This document shows, piece after piece, positions 10,143 through 19,114 of a DNA stretch of 30,396 bases (position 1 is its first letter; every line of letters starts with the position of its first letter). This DNA comes from a virus. Its lineage: Duplodnaviria > Caudoviricetes. The notes under the pieces are model-generated. The model was not told the DNA's origin, made no database searches, and worked only from the letters and a program-made list of their open reading frames with translations. The stretch spans positions 1 to 30,396 of IMG/VR virus record IMGVR_UViG_3300048577_000466. One strand, 5' to 3'. The position numbers and the translations under genes were made by a program.

Positions 10143-10565
10143 TTATGCCAGCGTTACAGCACCGCTTACCTTGATCATCACAGTTGCTTCAAGAGCGCTG
10201 CTGATTTCGGCATTGCCCCAATCGTAACCCGTCACGATGCCACTGAATGTCAGTTTCTTGACAGGACTCGTCATTGGGTAACTAATTGCGAATGCTGTTA
10301 CTGCTCCACTATTGAAGAGCGACAACAGACCAGTAGAATTACCCTGCGTCGTGTCAGACGGGTCATAGACAAGATTCAACGATACTTCGCCCGAATCTTT
10401 GAACGACTGGACGAATTCACGATATGAACCCGAACTATCATGTGTGGTCACGTCAATCTGTTCTGCTGAAAGCTTCGGACCAGAAATGCTCTTTACGTTT
10501 GCGACCGTTGTTAGTGGCGAGCCATAACCAAATGTTACGCCTTTTGCGGCATACTTGTTTGCCAT
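10143..10565 (-). CDS. Major tail (tube) protein
   Basis: ISGPKLSAEQIDVTTHDS...KDSGEVS motif typical of siphovirus tube proteins; GGAGG RBS. Confidence 0.9.
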   Translation of the reverse strand: MANKYAAKGVTFGYGSPLTTVANVKSISGPKLSAEQIDVTTHDSSGSYREFVQSFKDSGEVSLNLVYDPSDTTQGNSTGLLSLFNSGAVTAFAISYPMTSPVKKLTFSGIVTGYDWGNAEISSALEATVMIKVSGAVTLA

Positions 10566-10617
10566 CGGAAAAAACCTCCGAGATGAGAATTCTCAGAAGT
10601 TATTTATGAGATGACAA

Positions 10618-10974
10618 TTATGCAGTGTGCCAAATGTCGAATCGTAGAAAAACGTGGTAGAGCTTCGTGTCGTACTCGTAGGATGAACCCTCAGTCACGA
10701 GTTCAGTGTTCTGAATTGCATCACCAGTGAAGCCGATCAGTGTGTCTGCAATGATGTCCGCCTTTTGCAGTGCATCGGTGCTGCTGGTGGAGAAATAGGA
10801 TACTTGGATGGTCTTCCGTCGCAATGATGCATCGCCATCGAGTGTCATGTCGGCATCTGCGCCAATGCGCCAAATCACACAATATGGCAAATCAGCATCT
10901 TGTGGTGCGGAAATAGGGTACACAGATGCGATGCCTGCCGTGACGAGCGCTTGTCTGATTGTTTGTTCGATCAT
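10618..10974 (-). CDS. Tail completion/terminator protein (DUF3168-like)
   Basis: VYPISAPQ...PYCV...IQVSYF pattern; immediately upstream of the tube gene. Confidence 0.8.
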   Translation of the reverse strand: MIEQTIRQALVTAGIASVYPISAPQDADLPYCVIWRIGADADMTLDGDASLRRKTIQVSYFSTSSTDALQKADIIADTLIGFTGDAIQNTELVTEGSSYEYDTKLYHVFLRFDIWHTA

Positions 10975-11483
10975 TAGTCTACCTTCGTAAGTACCTTGAG
11001 CAATTCATCACGCACGAATAATTTCACTTCGGCTTTCTTCTCTTTGAGCGCTTTTGCGAAGAATGGTCGTGGTGGCATCTTGCTCGTGCCAAATTCAAAC
11101 ATCGTCGCCAACGACATGCCGATGGTGCGCCCTGGTGCGGATGTGGCTTTGATGGTCCGATTTGATCCGACTCCTGAACGTGTCCCTGGTCCGCCCGAGG
11201 CTTGCCACTCGACATATGCAGGTGTGCCCTTGCCACGCTTGACGCCAACCAATGCAGATGGATTCTTTCGCACCTTGCCACGGAGACGACCAAAGGCAAA
11301 GATGCTGTCGGCAACCTCTTTTGGCAAGCCTTCTGACGAGGCATTGGCAAGCGCCTGCTGCCGGAACATGTTGGCGGCTTTGCCGAGGACATCCATCACG
11401 GCTTGCCCTTGCGCCCTTTCAATGATTGTGTGGATTGACCGCTCAAGCTTGCTTAAGCCATCGACTCTGACTGACCTTGCCAT
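10974..11483 (-). CDS. HK97 gp10-like neck/tail component
   Basis: V.GL..L N-terminus and EFGTSKMPPRPF motif. Confidence 0.85.
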   Translation of the reverse strand: MARSVRVDGLSKLERSIHTIIERAQGQAVMDVLGKAANMFRQQALANASSEGLPKEVADSIFAFGRLRGKVRKNPSALVGVKRGKGTPAYVEWQASGGPGTRSGVGSNRTIKATSAPGRTIGMSLATMFEFGTSKMPPRPFFAKALKEKKAEVKLFVRDELLKVLTKVD

Positions 11484-11487
11484 GCAC

Positions 11488-12147
11488 TTATTTATGGGTT
11501 TGCCAGCGTTGCATCAGATCCAACGTTTCTGCGGTGTCAATGTCGCTGTAGCTGCTCGTGTAGATGCGTGGGCATGTGTTGCCCTGGTGGTCGAGAGCGA
11601 TGCATCTATCGAGGCCTTCTGTGGGTGTCAAGAGACTGCCCAGGTCGGCAAGCCAGATGCATTCGTCACCATGGGTAAGGTCGGGATATGGATGCTCTAT
11701 GAGGACTGAACGCTGATAGGTGATGCTGGTGCCCAGCACTAAGGCGTCATCGTGGTAGCGGTAAGCTCTGGCTTGACCGTCAATGACGTTGTAGAAGCGG
11801 ATGGACCTGTAGCCTGTGATCGGCTTGTCTGGCGTCAGGATGGCTTGCTGCTCTGCGAGTCGAGATGGGTGATACAGGTCGTCATCGTCCCAGTGCGCCA
11901 CGACATCGCCGGATGCCGCTTCTGCGCCTATGGTGCGTTTCCTACCCAACGTGAGCCCTGGAGGGCATCTGACGAGCCGTATGCGTGTATCTGATGGGAC
12001 AACGGCTGATACGTCGTCCTCTGAGACGATGACCAGTTCTCTGTGAGGATAGGTCTGATTGCTGAAGCAACGAATTGCTGTCGGCAGGTACTCAATTCGG
12101 CTTGCCCTGGTCGGACAGACGGCAGTGATTAGCGGACCAGACTGCAT
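11488..12147 (-). CDS. Glycosyltransferase family 2 (GT-A fold)
   Basis: ITAVCPT...AIRCFSNQTYPHRELVIV N-terminus, LGRKR...A.GD.VAHWDDDD (DxD motif), GDE late motif. Confidence 0.85.
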   Translation of the reverse strand: MQSGPLITAVCPTRASRIEYLPTAIRCFSNQTYPHRELVIVSEDDVSAVVPSDTRIRLVRCPPGLTLGRKRTIGAEAASGDVVAHWDDDDLYHPSRLAEQQAILTPDKPITGYRSIRFYNVIDGQARAYRYHDDALVLGTSITYQRSVLIEHPYPDLTHGDECIWLADLGSLLTPTEGLDRCIALDHQGNTCPRIYTSSYSDIDTAETLDLMQRWQTHK

Positions 12148-12449
12148 TGCAACTCAATCGATTCCCGGCGTTTCTCTGAGTACCTGACAGCCGTAATGTT
12201 GTACGTGTCGGCACCATGCAGCACACGCATCGTGCTGTCGAGCCCGTCCATGTGCCGAATGGTGAAGAACACTGCGTCCTCTGCCACGGTTCGTGATGCC
12301 GAATAGAATTCTCTACCAGACCGAGACGACTTGTGAGCGTGCATGTATGCGGTGTCAGTCCAGGTCTCGACGGCTTCACCGACTGAGTTCTGTGTGACAG
12401 TGCGTGACTGGATCGTGATGAGCGTATCGAGTGTGCCAGAGGCGAGCAT
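12129..12449 (-). CDS. Head closure / head-tail adaptor (SPP1 gp16-like)
   Basis: G.L...ITIQ...GE...W...SGREFY...FTIR...MRV...YNI pattern. Confidence 0.85.
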   Translation of the reverse strand: MLASGTLDTLITIQSRTVTQNSVGEAVETWTDTAYMHAHKSSRSGREFYSASRTVAEDAVFFTIRHMDGLDSTMRVLHGADTYNITAVRYSEKRRESIELQCSLVR

Positions 12450-12452
12450 CAG

Positions 12453-12746
12453 TTAATACCTCACGAATGGTGCCAGCAAAGCCTTGACGCCCATCGGCAA
12501 CTCGTACATCTGACCAGCGACCACAGACTCTCTATTGCTGTAGAGATGCCCGACTGTCAGTAGCATTGCCGCTTGAAGATCAGCAGGCACAGGATTCACT
12601 CCATCCACAACGCCAATCTCTTGTCCGATGTAGCGCTCAGTTGCTTGACGTGCCGCCGTGATCAAGTGAGCAATGTAAGCATTATCGGTGTCGTCGATAA
12701 TTCTCAGATGCGATTTGGCGAGATCAAGAGAGATGGATTCTGACAT
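12453..12746 (-). CDS. Head-tail connector (HK97 gp6-like)
   Basis: AKSHLRI.D...AA...E and LL.VGHLYSNRE...P.GV.ALL.PF motifs. Confidence 0.9.
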   Translation of the reverse strand: MSESISLDLAKSHLRIIDDTDNAYIAHLITAARQATERYIGQEIGVVDGVNPVPADLQAAMLLTVGHLYSNRESVVAGQMYELPMGVKALLAPFVRY

Positions 12747-12747
12747 G

Positions 12748-12930
12748 TTACTTGCTCTTCTTTTCCTTCACAGGTTTTACGACTTTGTTTGCTTCGGCAG
12801 GATTGAATGGTTCAACTAATCCAATTTCGATTAGTTCTTTTGCTCGATTCTCGTCGGCATCGAATACCTGACCATTGTCAATAAGACCTTCGACACTACC
12901 AAGAAATGGTTTGATTGCTTTAATTTGCAT
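12748..12930 (-). CDS. Small capsid-adjacent hypothetical protein
   Basis: 60 aa from ATG 12930 (MQIKAIKPF...RAKELIEIGLVE), a type common after capsid genes. Confidence 0.7.
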   Translation of the reverse strand: MQIKAIKPFLGSVEGLIDNGQVFDADENRAKELIEIGLVEPFNPAEANKVVKPVKEKKSK

Positions 12931-12937
12931 GAATGTG

Positions 12938-12963
12938 AAAAAGGGCGGGCTTGCGGCCCGCCC
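12938..12963 (-). terminator. Intrinsic terminator after the major capsid gene
   Basis: GGGCGGGC-CGCAA-GCCCGCCC followed by T5. Confidence 0.8.
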
Positions 12964-12985
12964 CAATCCTCCAGTCTGATGAGGT

Positions 12986-14101
12986 TTAGCTCAGCAAACC
13001 CGTAATGAATGCACCCGGCGCATATACTGCCAATGCTTCACGCTGCTCAGCCATAACAGTCACGATGCCTTGAGTGAAGTTGCTGGCGTTCTCATAGGAC
13101 AGGCTGATGGTTGAGCTTTGACGCTCTGCAACCGATGCCGCCAGACCCGAGCCAACCAAGAAGTTGTTGGTCGTCATCTTCGGCGACGGAACAACCGGAA
13201 CGCCCCAGATGGTTGCTGCGAAACCGAATGCAGGGCTGCCAAGCAAGTAGTTGCCAGAGGTCGATGCCTTAGCGGTCACCAGCTTGCCGTAGTCAACCGG
13301 AGCCACAACAACGAAGGTCGGCACATAGCCAGTTGCCAGGGCGTCAGCCACCGACAAAGCAATGCGGTCAACCATTGTTTCGGTCGTGAAAGTCTTGGTC
13401 GTTGCGTACGGTACGAGCCCCTTGAGGTTGCTGCCAGTGCCATCACCGATCAGCAACTGAGCCTCTTCAGCGCCACGGACACCAAAGCCCATGCGTTGGT
13501 CAACAAATGATGCGAATGCAGGAGCGTCAGCGAGGAATTCCTTTGCGATGTTGGTGAAATGAGCAATCGTGCGCACAGTCGTATCGACCATCGTGATTGC
13601 CGTGGTCGTTTCAGCAGCAGCAGAGCCGAGCGTCTTGACTGTGGCTGCCTGAGTCGTTGTCTCCTGCGGCACTCGTACTAAGTCGGTCTGGATCGGCATC
13701 GAGCCCAGGTAGTTGCGCACCTGGAAGGCAAAAATGTTATTGCCCTGCGGAGTTGCAACGATTGGCGCAGCATGAGACGGCGACGTATAAGTTGCCTTGA
13801 TTTCGGCAAGCGCCTGACGGTTCTTCCCTTCTGCCATCTGCCGGAACGATTCCGTCTCGATAAACTGCTGACCGATAGACTTGATTTCAGCCTTGGTCTG
13901 GATCGGCGCAATCGACTTCTGTTCGGCAGCAACAACACGATTGGTCAAAGAAGCAATTGCCTCTTCCATTTTTGCCATTGCAGACTTGATTTCTGGGGAA
14001 GCAAACCCTTGTGCCTTGACTTCTGCAAGCGCCTGATTGTGCGCTTCTTTCATGTCGGCATGGAGTTTCTTAATTTCGTTGATGAGTTCTTGATTTTCCA
14101 T
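12986..14101 (-). CDS. Major capsid protein, HK97 family
   Basis: N-terminal coiled-coil delta domain, EEAQLLIGDGTG, GNYL, IWGVPVV, AEQR motifs; start ATG 14101 directly after the protease stop. Confidence 0.93.
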   Translation of the reverse strand: MENQELINEIKKLHADMKEAHNQALAEVKAQGFASPEIKSAMAKMEEAIASLTNRVVAAEQKSIAPIQTKAEIKSIGQQFIETESFRQMAEGKNRQALAEIKATYTSPSHAAPIVATPQGNNIFAFQVRNYLGSMPIQTDLVRVPQETTTQAATVKTLGSAAAETTTAITMVDTTVRTIAHFTNIAKEFLADAPAFASFVDQRMGFGVRGAEEAQLLIGDGTGSNLKGLVPYATTKTFTTETMVDRIALSVADALATGYVPTFVVVAPVDYGKLVTAKASTSGNYLLGSPAFGFAATIWGVPVVPSPKMTTNNFLVGSGLAASVAERQSSTISLSYENASNFTQGIVTVMAEQREALAVYAPGAFITGLLS

Positions 14102-14102
14102 A

Positions 14103-14732
14103 TTACACCTTGTAGATCTGCCGGATTTGCTCCAGCAGTGCCGCCGACTCATCAACGTCTCGTTGTGACTTCAGCGTTTTGTAGCCTGACGAAATGATCG
14201 TCTTGGCTTCTTTTTGAGAAAAGCCTGCATCCCGCAAGATCTTCTCTAAATCTCTTTCTGTTAGTTCATTCGCCTTTACGCTGGAGACCTGAGCCTCGAC
14301 ATTGCAAGGAAATGTGACTAAGCTGATTTCGTATAATTCGATTTGCTTCAATTGCCGTACGCCATCGCTCCACACAGCGCCGCCAACAGGAATGGCGTAA
14401 CCAATGGACAACCCAGTGATTGCTTTGAGCTTGAGCAATTCGTAGGCGTCATTACCTTTTTCGGTCTTGATCGCAAGCTGACCTTTGACGAGCAAACCAT
14501 TCTCGTCCTCTGCAAGTTCCAGGCAGACGCCAATCACATCATCTGTGTCGTGCTGGTAGCAAATCGGGACATACTGCTTGCGATTCTCCAGCGTGGCCGA
14601 AAATGCCCCCGGCAGAATTACATCATTCGCCTGATCGACGTTGCCAAACACAGCAGCGTACCCTTCAAAGATGCCCTCTTCGGTCGGTGCTGCTTTCAGA
14701 GCGAATTGATATGTGAGCTTTTTGGTTTCCAT
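14103..14732 (-). CDS. Prohead protease, HK97 family
   Basis: FEGYAAVF..VD...D...GAF, QH, GLSIGY, LYEISLVTFP motifs. Confidence 0.95.
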   Translation of the reverse strand: METKKLTYQFALKAAPTEEGIFEGYAAVFGNVDQANDVILPGAFSATLENRKQYVPICYQHDTDDVIGVCLELAEDENGLLVKGQLAIKTEKGNDAYELLKLKAITGLSIGYAIPVGGAVWSDGVRQLKQIELYEISLVTFPCNVEAQVSSVKANELTERDLEKILRDAGFSQKEAKTIISSGYKTLKSQRDVDESAALLEQIRQIYKV

Positions 14733-14744
14733 GTGCGTCTCTCT

Positions 14745-15938
14745 CTATTTATTCGACGGCAAATCCTGGATCGGACTCATGTTGAGTTGCACGGTGATGT
14801 CATCGCCGCCATCAATCGGTGTGAGACGCTCAAGACGACGTGCCTCATTACGAGTCATGATGCCGTTTTGGACCATTTGCGAGTAATATGCTGCTCTTGC
14901 TGCACTATCACCACGCATCAAACTGGAAACGTTGAATTCAGGAAAGATAATGCCTTTATCCTTCTGCTCGATCAGTGCTTTCACAATAGCGGCTTCGATC
15001 TTGGCGAGATACGGCATGAGCGTGAATTGCACAAATGACATTCCCTGACTTTCGATATTGCTGAACGTGGCGTGCGACAAATCACCAATTAAATGAGGCG
15101 GGACACGGAAGATTCTTGCTATCTCTTCAATGGAGAACTTGCGACTCTCAATGAATTGTGAGTCCTCTGGCGGAATCGTGATCTGTTGCCATTTGAAGCC
15201 AACAGGCAACACGTCAATCTTGTGCGCATTGTCAAGCCCTTGATTGTTGGAATTGAATCTTGCTTTGAAGGCCGTGATTTGATCGGCAGTCATCGCCTCA
15301 GTCGGACTGACAAATCCGGCTGGTGTGGCACCGTTGCTGTAAAAGCGTGCGCCGTACTCTTCAGAGGCAACGGCCATGCCGAGGGCTTGACGGCAGGTGC
15401 CGATTGGACTCAAACCAACCAGACCATCAAACGAGAACAATTTGACGTGGAAGATGTCCCGAGGCTGATACTCTTTGATTCCTGTGGCGGTCGAGACACG
15501 ATAGAGGATTTGCTGGTCCACAGCCTGAACTGTCATGTTGGCGGGATTGACCGGAATCAGTCCAATAACCTCCATGCCAGATCTGACAATCACCGAATAT
15601 GCATTACCCCATGTCGCAAGGCTGGCAATCATGGACTCCCAATATTCATTGGATGTCATCCACGCATTCGGCTCTTGAGAGACGATGTAATCGAGTTTGT
15701 GCTTGATGCGAGATGTGGAATCGTCCGAACCACGTTTATAGAAATGCAGAGGCAGATTGCCGCCAACCTCTGCCAACAGACGCACAGACGACCAAACCGC
15801 CGCAATGCCTAATGCAGATTCCTCTGTTACGACTCTGCCGACGTTTGTGCTGTAGATGTTGAGTCCGGTGAGTGTTCGATTGGTCGGCAAAAGACCAAAA
15901 TAGTCCAGAATCTTAATTGCGGCGGCTTTAATGTTCAT
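14745..15938 (-). CDS. Portal protein, HK97 family
   Basis: PNAWMT, GLVGLSPI, NGATP.G, QFIESRKFSIEEIARIFRVPPH, SNIESQ, MT.NEAR motifs. Confidence 0.95.
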   Translation of the reverse strand: MNIKAAAIKILDYFGLLPTNRTLTGLNIYSTNVGRVVTEESALGIAAVWSSVRLLAEVGGNLPLHFYKRGSDDSTSRIKHKLDYIVSQEPNAWMTSNEYWESMIASLATWGNAYSVIVRSGMEVIGLIPVNPANMTVQAVDQQILYRVSTATGIKEYQPRDIFHVKLFSFDGLVGLSPIGTCRQALGMAVASEEYGARFYSNGATPAGFVSPTEAMTADQITAFKARFNSNNQGLDNAHKIDVLPVGFKWQQITIPPEDSQFIESRKFSIEEIARIFRVPPHLIGDLSHATFSNIESQGMSFVQFTLMPYLAKIEAAIVKALIEQKDKGIIFPEFNVSSLMRGDSAARAAYYSQMVQNGIMTRNEARRLERLTPIDGGDDITVQLNMSPIQDLPSNK

Positions 15939-17533
15939 AATCTGATAGAGACTGGATCAGACAACCAGTCATCTATTAAGTTATTTATCGCCCTTGCTTT
16001 TTGGTCCGACGTATTACGCTGAGCCCGATCAAATGCCATAATTGACGCAATCACGCCGTCGATGCGTTGATTATTCTGCCGCTTGTTGGATTTGATGACA
16101 CGGATGTTATTGTTGGCGTCTTCTTTGACGGTCGAGCACCCAATATTCCACCGCAGTACAGGATTTGCGCCATGTATGATGTTGCCCAAGTAGGCGTGCT
16201 CTTTGAGGGCCTTGGTAGGATTGGTGAAAGCCATGATGGATTGGTTAAAATCCCATGTCTCTATGCCGCCTTCTTGTAGTTCCTCGATTACCTCTGCCGC
16301 CATCGCACGGTCAACGGCGATTTCGACAAGTTCGTACTTGGTCGCAACCTCCAAGATGTGTGAGATCACGTACTTATGCCGCACAACAGGACCAGGGCAA
16401 AGTGTCAGATACCCTTGTTTTGCCCATTCGGAATAAGGCACTCTATCCAAGCGCTCTTTTTCAGCCAAGTTTTCGGCTGGCATGAAAAAATGAGGCAAGA
16501 TGGCGTACTTCTCGTTATCGAGTGGGAAAACGAGTGAAAAGCAGGTCAAATCGTGTTTTTGGGACAGATCAAGACCGCCGAAACAGCGCTTACCTGTCAA
16601 ATCTGGCAATGGCTCATTGCAGGCATCCCATCGGTCGAGCGGGATATATGGCGTCTCAGAAGCGAGAACCCACTGATTCAAGCTCAGCAGGCGGAATCTG
16701 AGCATTGCGCCGGGGTCATTCAACGCTGTTTTGTACTCATCCTGGAATGTCGAGAGCCGTAAGAATCCTTTGCCCTGGTCACAATCCTCATCTGTAGCCA
16801 GGGCTGGATTTGCAGCAAACCAATATTGCTGGTCGGAGATGTCGCAATCGGCTGGTGCCTCACAGATATAGGCGTAATAGCGGTCGTCTGTGATCGTGCC
16901 GTCTACGATGCCTCTGGCGTACTCGTATTGCTGGCGTCCAATACCAGTGAGATTGTTGGATGCGGTCGTGATGGAGATGACGAGAGGCTGACGGCGATAC
17001 TTCATGCTGGACACCATGGCGTCGTAGAGATCCCTGGTATCCCAGAACGCAAGCTCGTCACAGATCACAGCAGACGCATTGAGTCCGTATGCAGACGAGG
17101 CGTCCGAAGACATCACCTTGAGTCTGCGTGTCCCGTAAATGATGCGCTTTTGTGAGTCGATCACCCGGCAGATCTTGTTGAGTTCCGGATTCGAGCGGAC
17201 CATACGAGCGGCATAGCGATACACCACAGATGCTTGCTCCCGATCACGGGCGCAGATGTAGACCTGTGCGCCCTCTTCGCCATCTCCCAGCAAGAGATAC
17301 AGCGCCAACATTGCAGTGAGGAATGATTTTGCGTTCTTTCGTGGGAGAAAAATTAACGCATGTCGATATTGCCTGAGTCCGTCATTGTCAACTGTGCCAA
17401 AAATAGGATTGATGATATTGTCAATCTGCCACGGTAGTAATTTGACATTTGTGCCTGCCGCTGGACCTTCAAAGTGTTGTCCGTACGTTTCGCAAAACTG
17501 AATTACTCTATCTGCTTTTACTTTGTCAAACAT
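15935..17533 (-). CDS. terL: Terminase large subunit
   Basis: LLPWQ, Walker A-like PRKNAKS, Walker B ICDE, ITTA, nuclease GGLDLS..DL and RIDG motifs. Confidence 0.95.
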   Translation of the reverse strand: MFDKVKADRVIQFCETYGQHFEGPAAGTNVKLLPWQIDNIINPIFGTVDNDGLRQYRHALIFLPRKNAKSFLTAMLALYLLLGDGEEGAQVYICARDREQASVVYRYAARMVRSNPELNKICRVIDSQKRIIYGTRRLKVMSSDASSAYGLNASAVICDELAFWDTRDLYDAMVSSMKYRRQPLVISITTASNNLTGIGRQQYEYARGIVDGTITDDRYYAYICEAPADCDISDQQYWFAANPALATDEDCDQGKGFLRLSTFQDEYKTALNDPGAMLRFRLLSLNQWVLASETPYIPLDRWDACNEPLPDLTGKRCFGGLDLSQKHDLTCFSLVFPLDNEKYAILPHFFMPAENLAEKERLDRVPYSEWAKQGYLTLCPGPVVRHKYVISHILEVATKYELVEIAVDRAMAAEVIEELQEGGIETWDFNQSIMAFTNPTKALKEHAYLGNIIHGANPVLRWNIGCSTVKEDANNNIRVIKSNKRQNNQRIDGVIASIMAFDRAQRNTSDQKARAINNLIDDWLSDPVSIRL

Positions 17534-17904
17534 TATCGGATGAGATCATTACGCTTAATTGCGTTAGCCTGATCGTCGGCGTGTTTCATTCTTTTGCGTG
17601 AGGCTGGAGTCAGTCCGTATTCTTTGGAAAGCTGGCGGACAGTTTCCGAGGCTGAATTGACAATGCTGATTAAGGGATTCGGTGCAGGCCAGCCAGTCTT
17701 TGCGGAGATCACAGTCAGTCCCTGTGTTTGCAATTGCTGCTGTGCTGTGACCATTCGAGAAAAGGCACAACATAGCGACGTGAGCCCTTGTAGATCGGCA
17801 TCGGTCAGCTTATCGCCCAATAAGAGGACAATACGGTTCCATTCTGTTGTCGCTAATTCGTCGAGATAAGATGGGGCGGGGAATTGTGGTTTGCGCTTTG
17901 CCAT
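17533..17904 (-). CDS. terS: Terminase small subunit, P27 family
   Basis: P.YL...A..EW.R, NPLI, EYGLTPASR motifs; overlaps the terL start. Confidence 0.92.
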   Translation of the reverse strand: MAKRKPQFPAPSYLDELATTEWNRIVLLLGDKLTDADLQGLTSLCCAFSRMVTAQQQLQTQGLTVISAKTGWPAPNPLISIVNSASETVRQLSKEYGLTPASRKRMKHADDQANAIKRNDLIR

Positions 17905-17954
17905 GTGTGTTCATACCCCTTTTAGCAATCAGTCCTTGGGGCAGAACTATTTAG

Positions 17955-18040
17955 CGCTCTTTCGTGAGGCGGAGGACGGTGTCGGAGAGGCGGTCATGGG
18001 AAGATTTAACCCGCCCCTCCGGTGCCAGGAGATTGAACAC
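17955..18040. other. Candidate cos packaging region
   Basis: Non-coding gap between the packaging HNH and terS, where cos lies in HK97-like phages; GC-rich GGGGCGGGTTAAATCT on the minus strand; cut site not identified. Confidence 0.45.
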
Positions 18041-18046
18041 CAATAT

Positions 18047-18415
18047 CTATACGCCGTCGAGTTTTGACTTGCGCTCTGAGGCGGTCTTCATCGAGTGGCA
18101 GGAGTGACAGAGTGATTGCAGTGCGCCATACCAGAACAGGCGCTCGTCGCCACGATGCGGAGTGATGTGATCCACGTCTGTTGCCACAGTGACAAGCTGA
18201 CGTGATGCACAGTCACGACACAATGGCTCATTGCGCAACTGCTGTGCTCGTACTTGTTGCCATCTCACGGTCGAATACAAATGATGCCCTGGTCTGTCCC
18301 ACTTCGCCTGCTGCTGCGGGTCGTAGGTCTTGCGGCGTGATGCGTGGTCGTCACAGTAGCCGTTGGTTGCGGCATTGGGACAGTTGCTAACTCGACAAGG
18401 TTTCTTTGCAGGCAT
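18047..18415 (-). CDS. Packaging-associated HNH endonuclease (HK97 gp74-like)
   Basis: PLCRDC...ATDVDHITPH.GD...LQSLCHSCHS.KT; directly upstream of terS; start MPAKK at 18415. Confidence 0.9.
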   Translation of the reverse strand: MPAKKPCRVSNCPNAATNGYCDDHASRRKTYDPQQQAKWDRPGHHLYSTVRWQQVRAQQLRNEPLCRDCASRQLVTVATDVDHITPHRGDERLFWYGALQSLCHSCHSMKTASERKSKLDGV

Positions 18416-18417
18416 GG

Positions 18418-18452
18418 AAAAAACTAAAGGGCAGACCATTAATGATCTGCCC
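18418..18452 (-). terminator. Terminator-like hairpin just before the packaging HNH start
   Basis: GGGCAGATCAT/ATGGTCTGCCC stem followed by TTTAGTTTTTT. Confidence 0.6.
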
Positions 18453-18577
18453 CAACTCTTACTACATGATATTAATTCTATTTATGCTTGTTGATTAGTT
18501 CGCCAAGCAATTCAATCTTGCGCCTTAAACGTTCGGCATGGGCGGCGAAGAGATCATGCCATTCTTGAAGTTCGTTC

Positions 18578-19066
18578 TTATTCATGGAGGCAAATGTTCC
18601 GCACTGTCGAATAAGAAATGCCCATCATTGTTCCAATCTGATTTTTGGAAAAGCCGTGACCGTAAAGCATACGGACAATCTCTCTTCCCTCTTCGTCGAG
18701 GACAGTGCCAATGCGTGTGGCAATGTGACGTCCTCTGGTGATGGCGTCGTGTGTATTGTCTTTGCAGGTTCCAGTGCGCAGATGATTGGGATTGCAGCAC
18801 AGGCGATTGTCACACGAGTGCAGAATCATTAGCTCTGCCGGATCAATGCCATAATAGAGAAAATATGCCACTCGTGAAGATTTGAAATTATCGTGGTTGA
18901 TTGAGATTTGACCGTAGCCACCAAATGATGTTGATGCAGTCCAATTCCAGCAATCATTGCGTTGTCCGATTTCTACTTTATTCCAGAAACGGCGAATCTG
19001 CTGTTTGTTCATTGTTGGAATTGTACGGACTCGGAATCCGTTATGATGTGTTGTCTTGTTGTTCAT
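18578..19066 (-). CDS. Free-standing HNH homing endonuclease-like protein with C-terminal HTH
   Basis: RFWNKV...CWNW...GYGQ...HSCDNRLCCNPNHL..GT..DN..D; C-terminal GFSKNQIGTMMGISYSTVRNI; GGAG RBS before ATG 19066. Confidence 0.85.
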   Translation of the reverse strand: MNNKTTHHNGFRVRTIPTMNKQQIRRFWNKVEIGQRNDCWNWTASTSFGGYGQISINHDNFKSSRVAYFLYYGIDPAELMILHSCDNRLCCNPNHLRTGTCKDNTHDAITRGRHIATRIGTVLDEEGREIVRMLYGHGFSKNQIGTMMGISYSTVRNICLHE

Positions 19067-19114
19067 ACCGTTGTGCTCTCCAAAGCACAACAGTATTTAG
19101 ATTTTCGGAGTATT

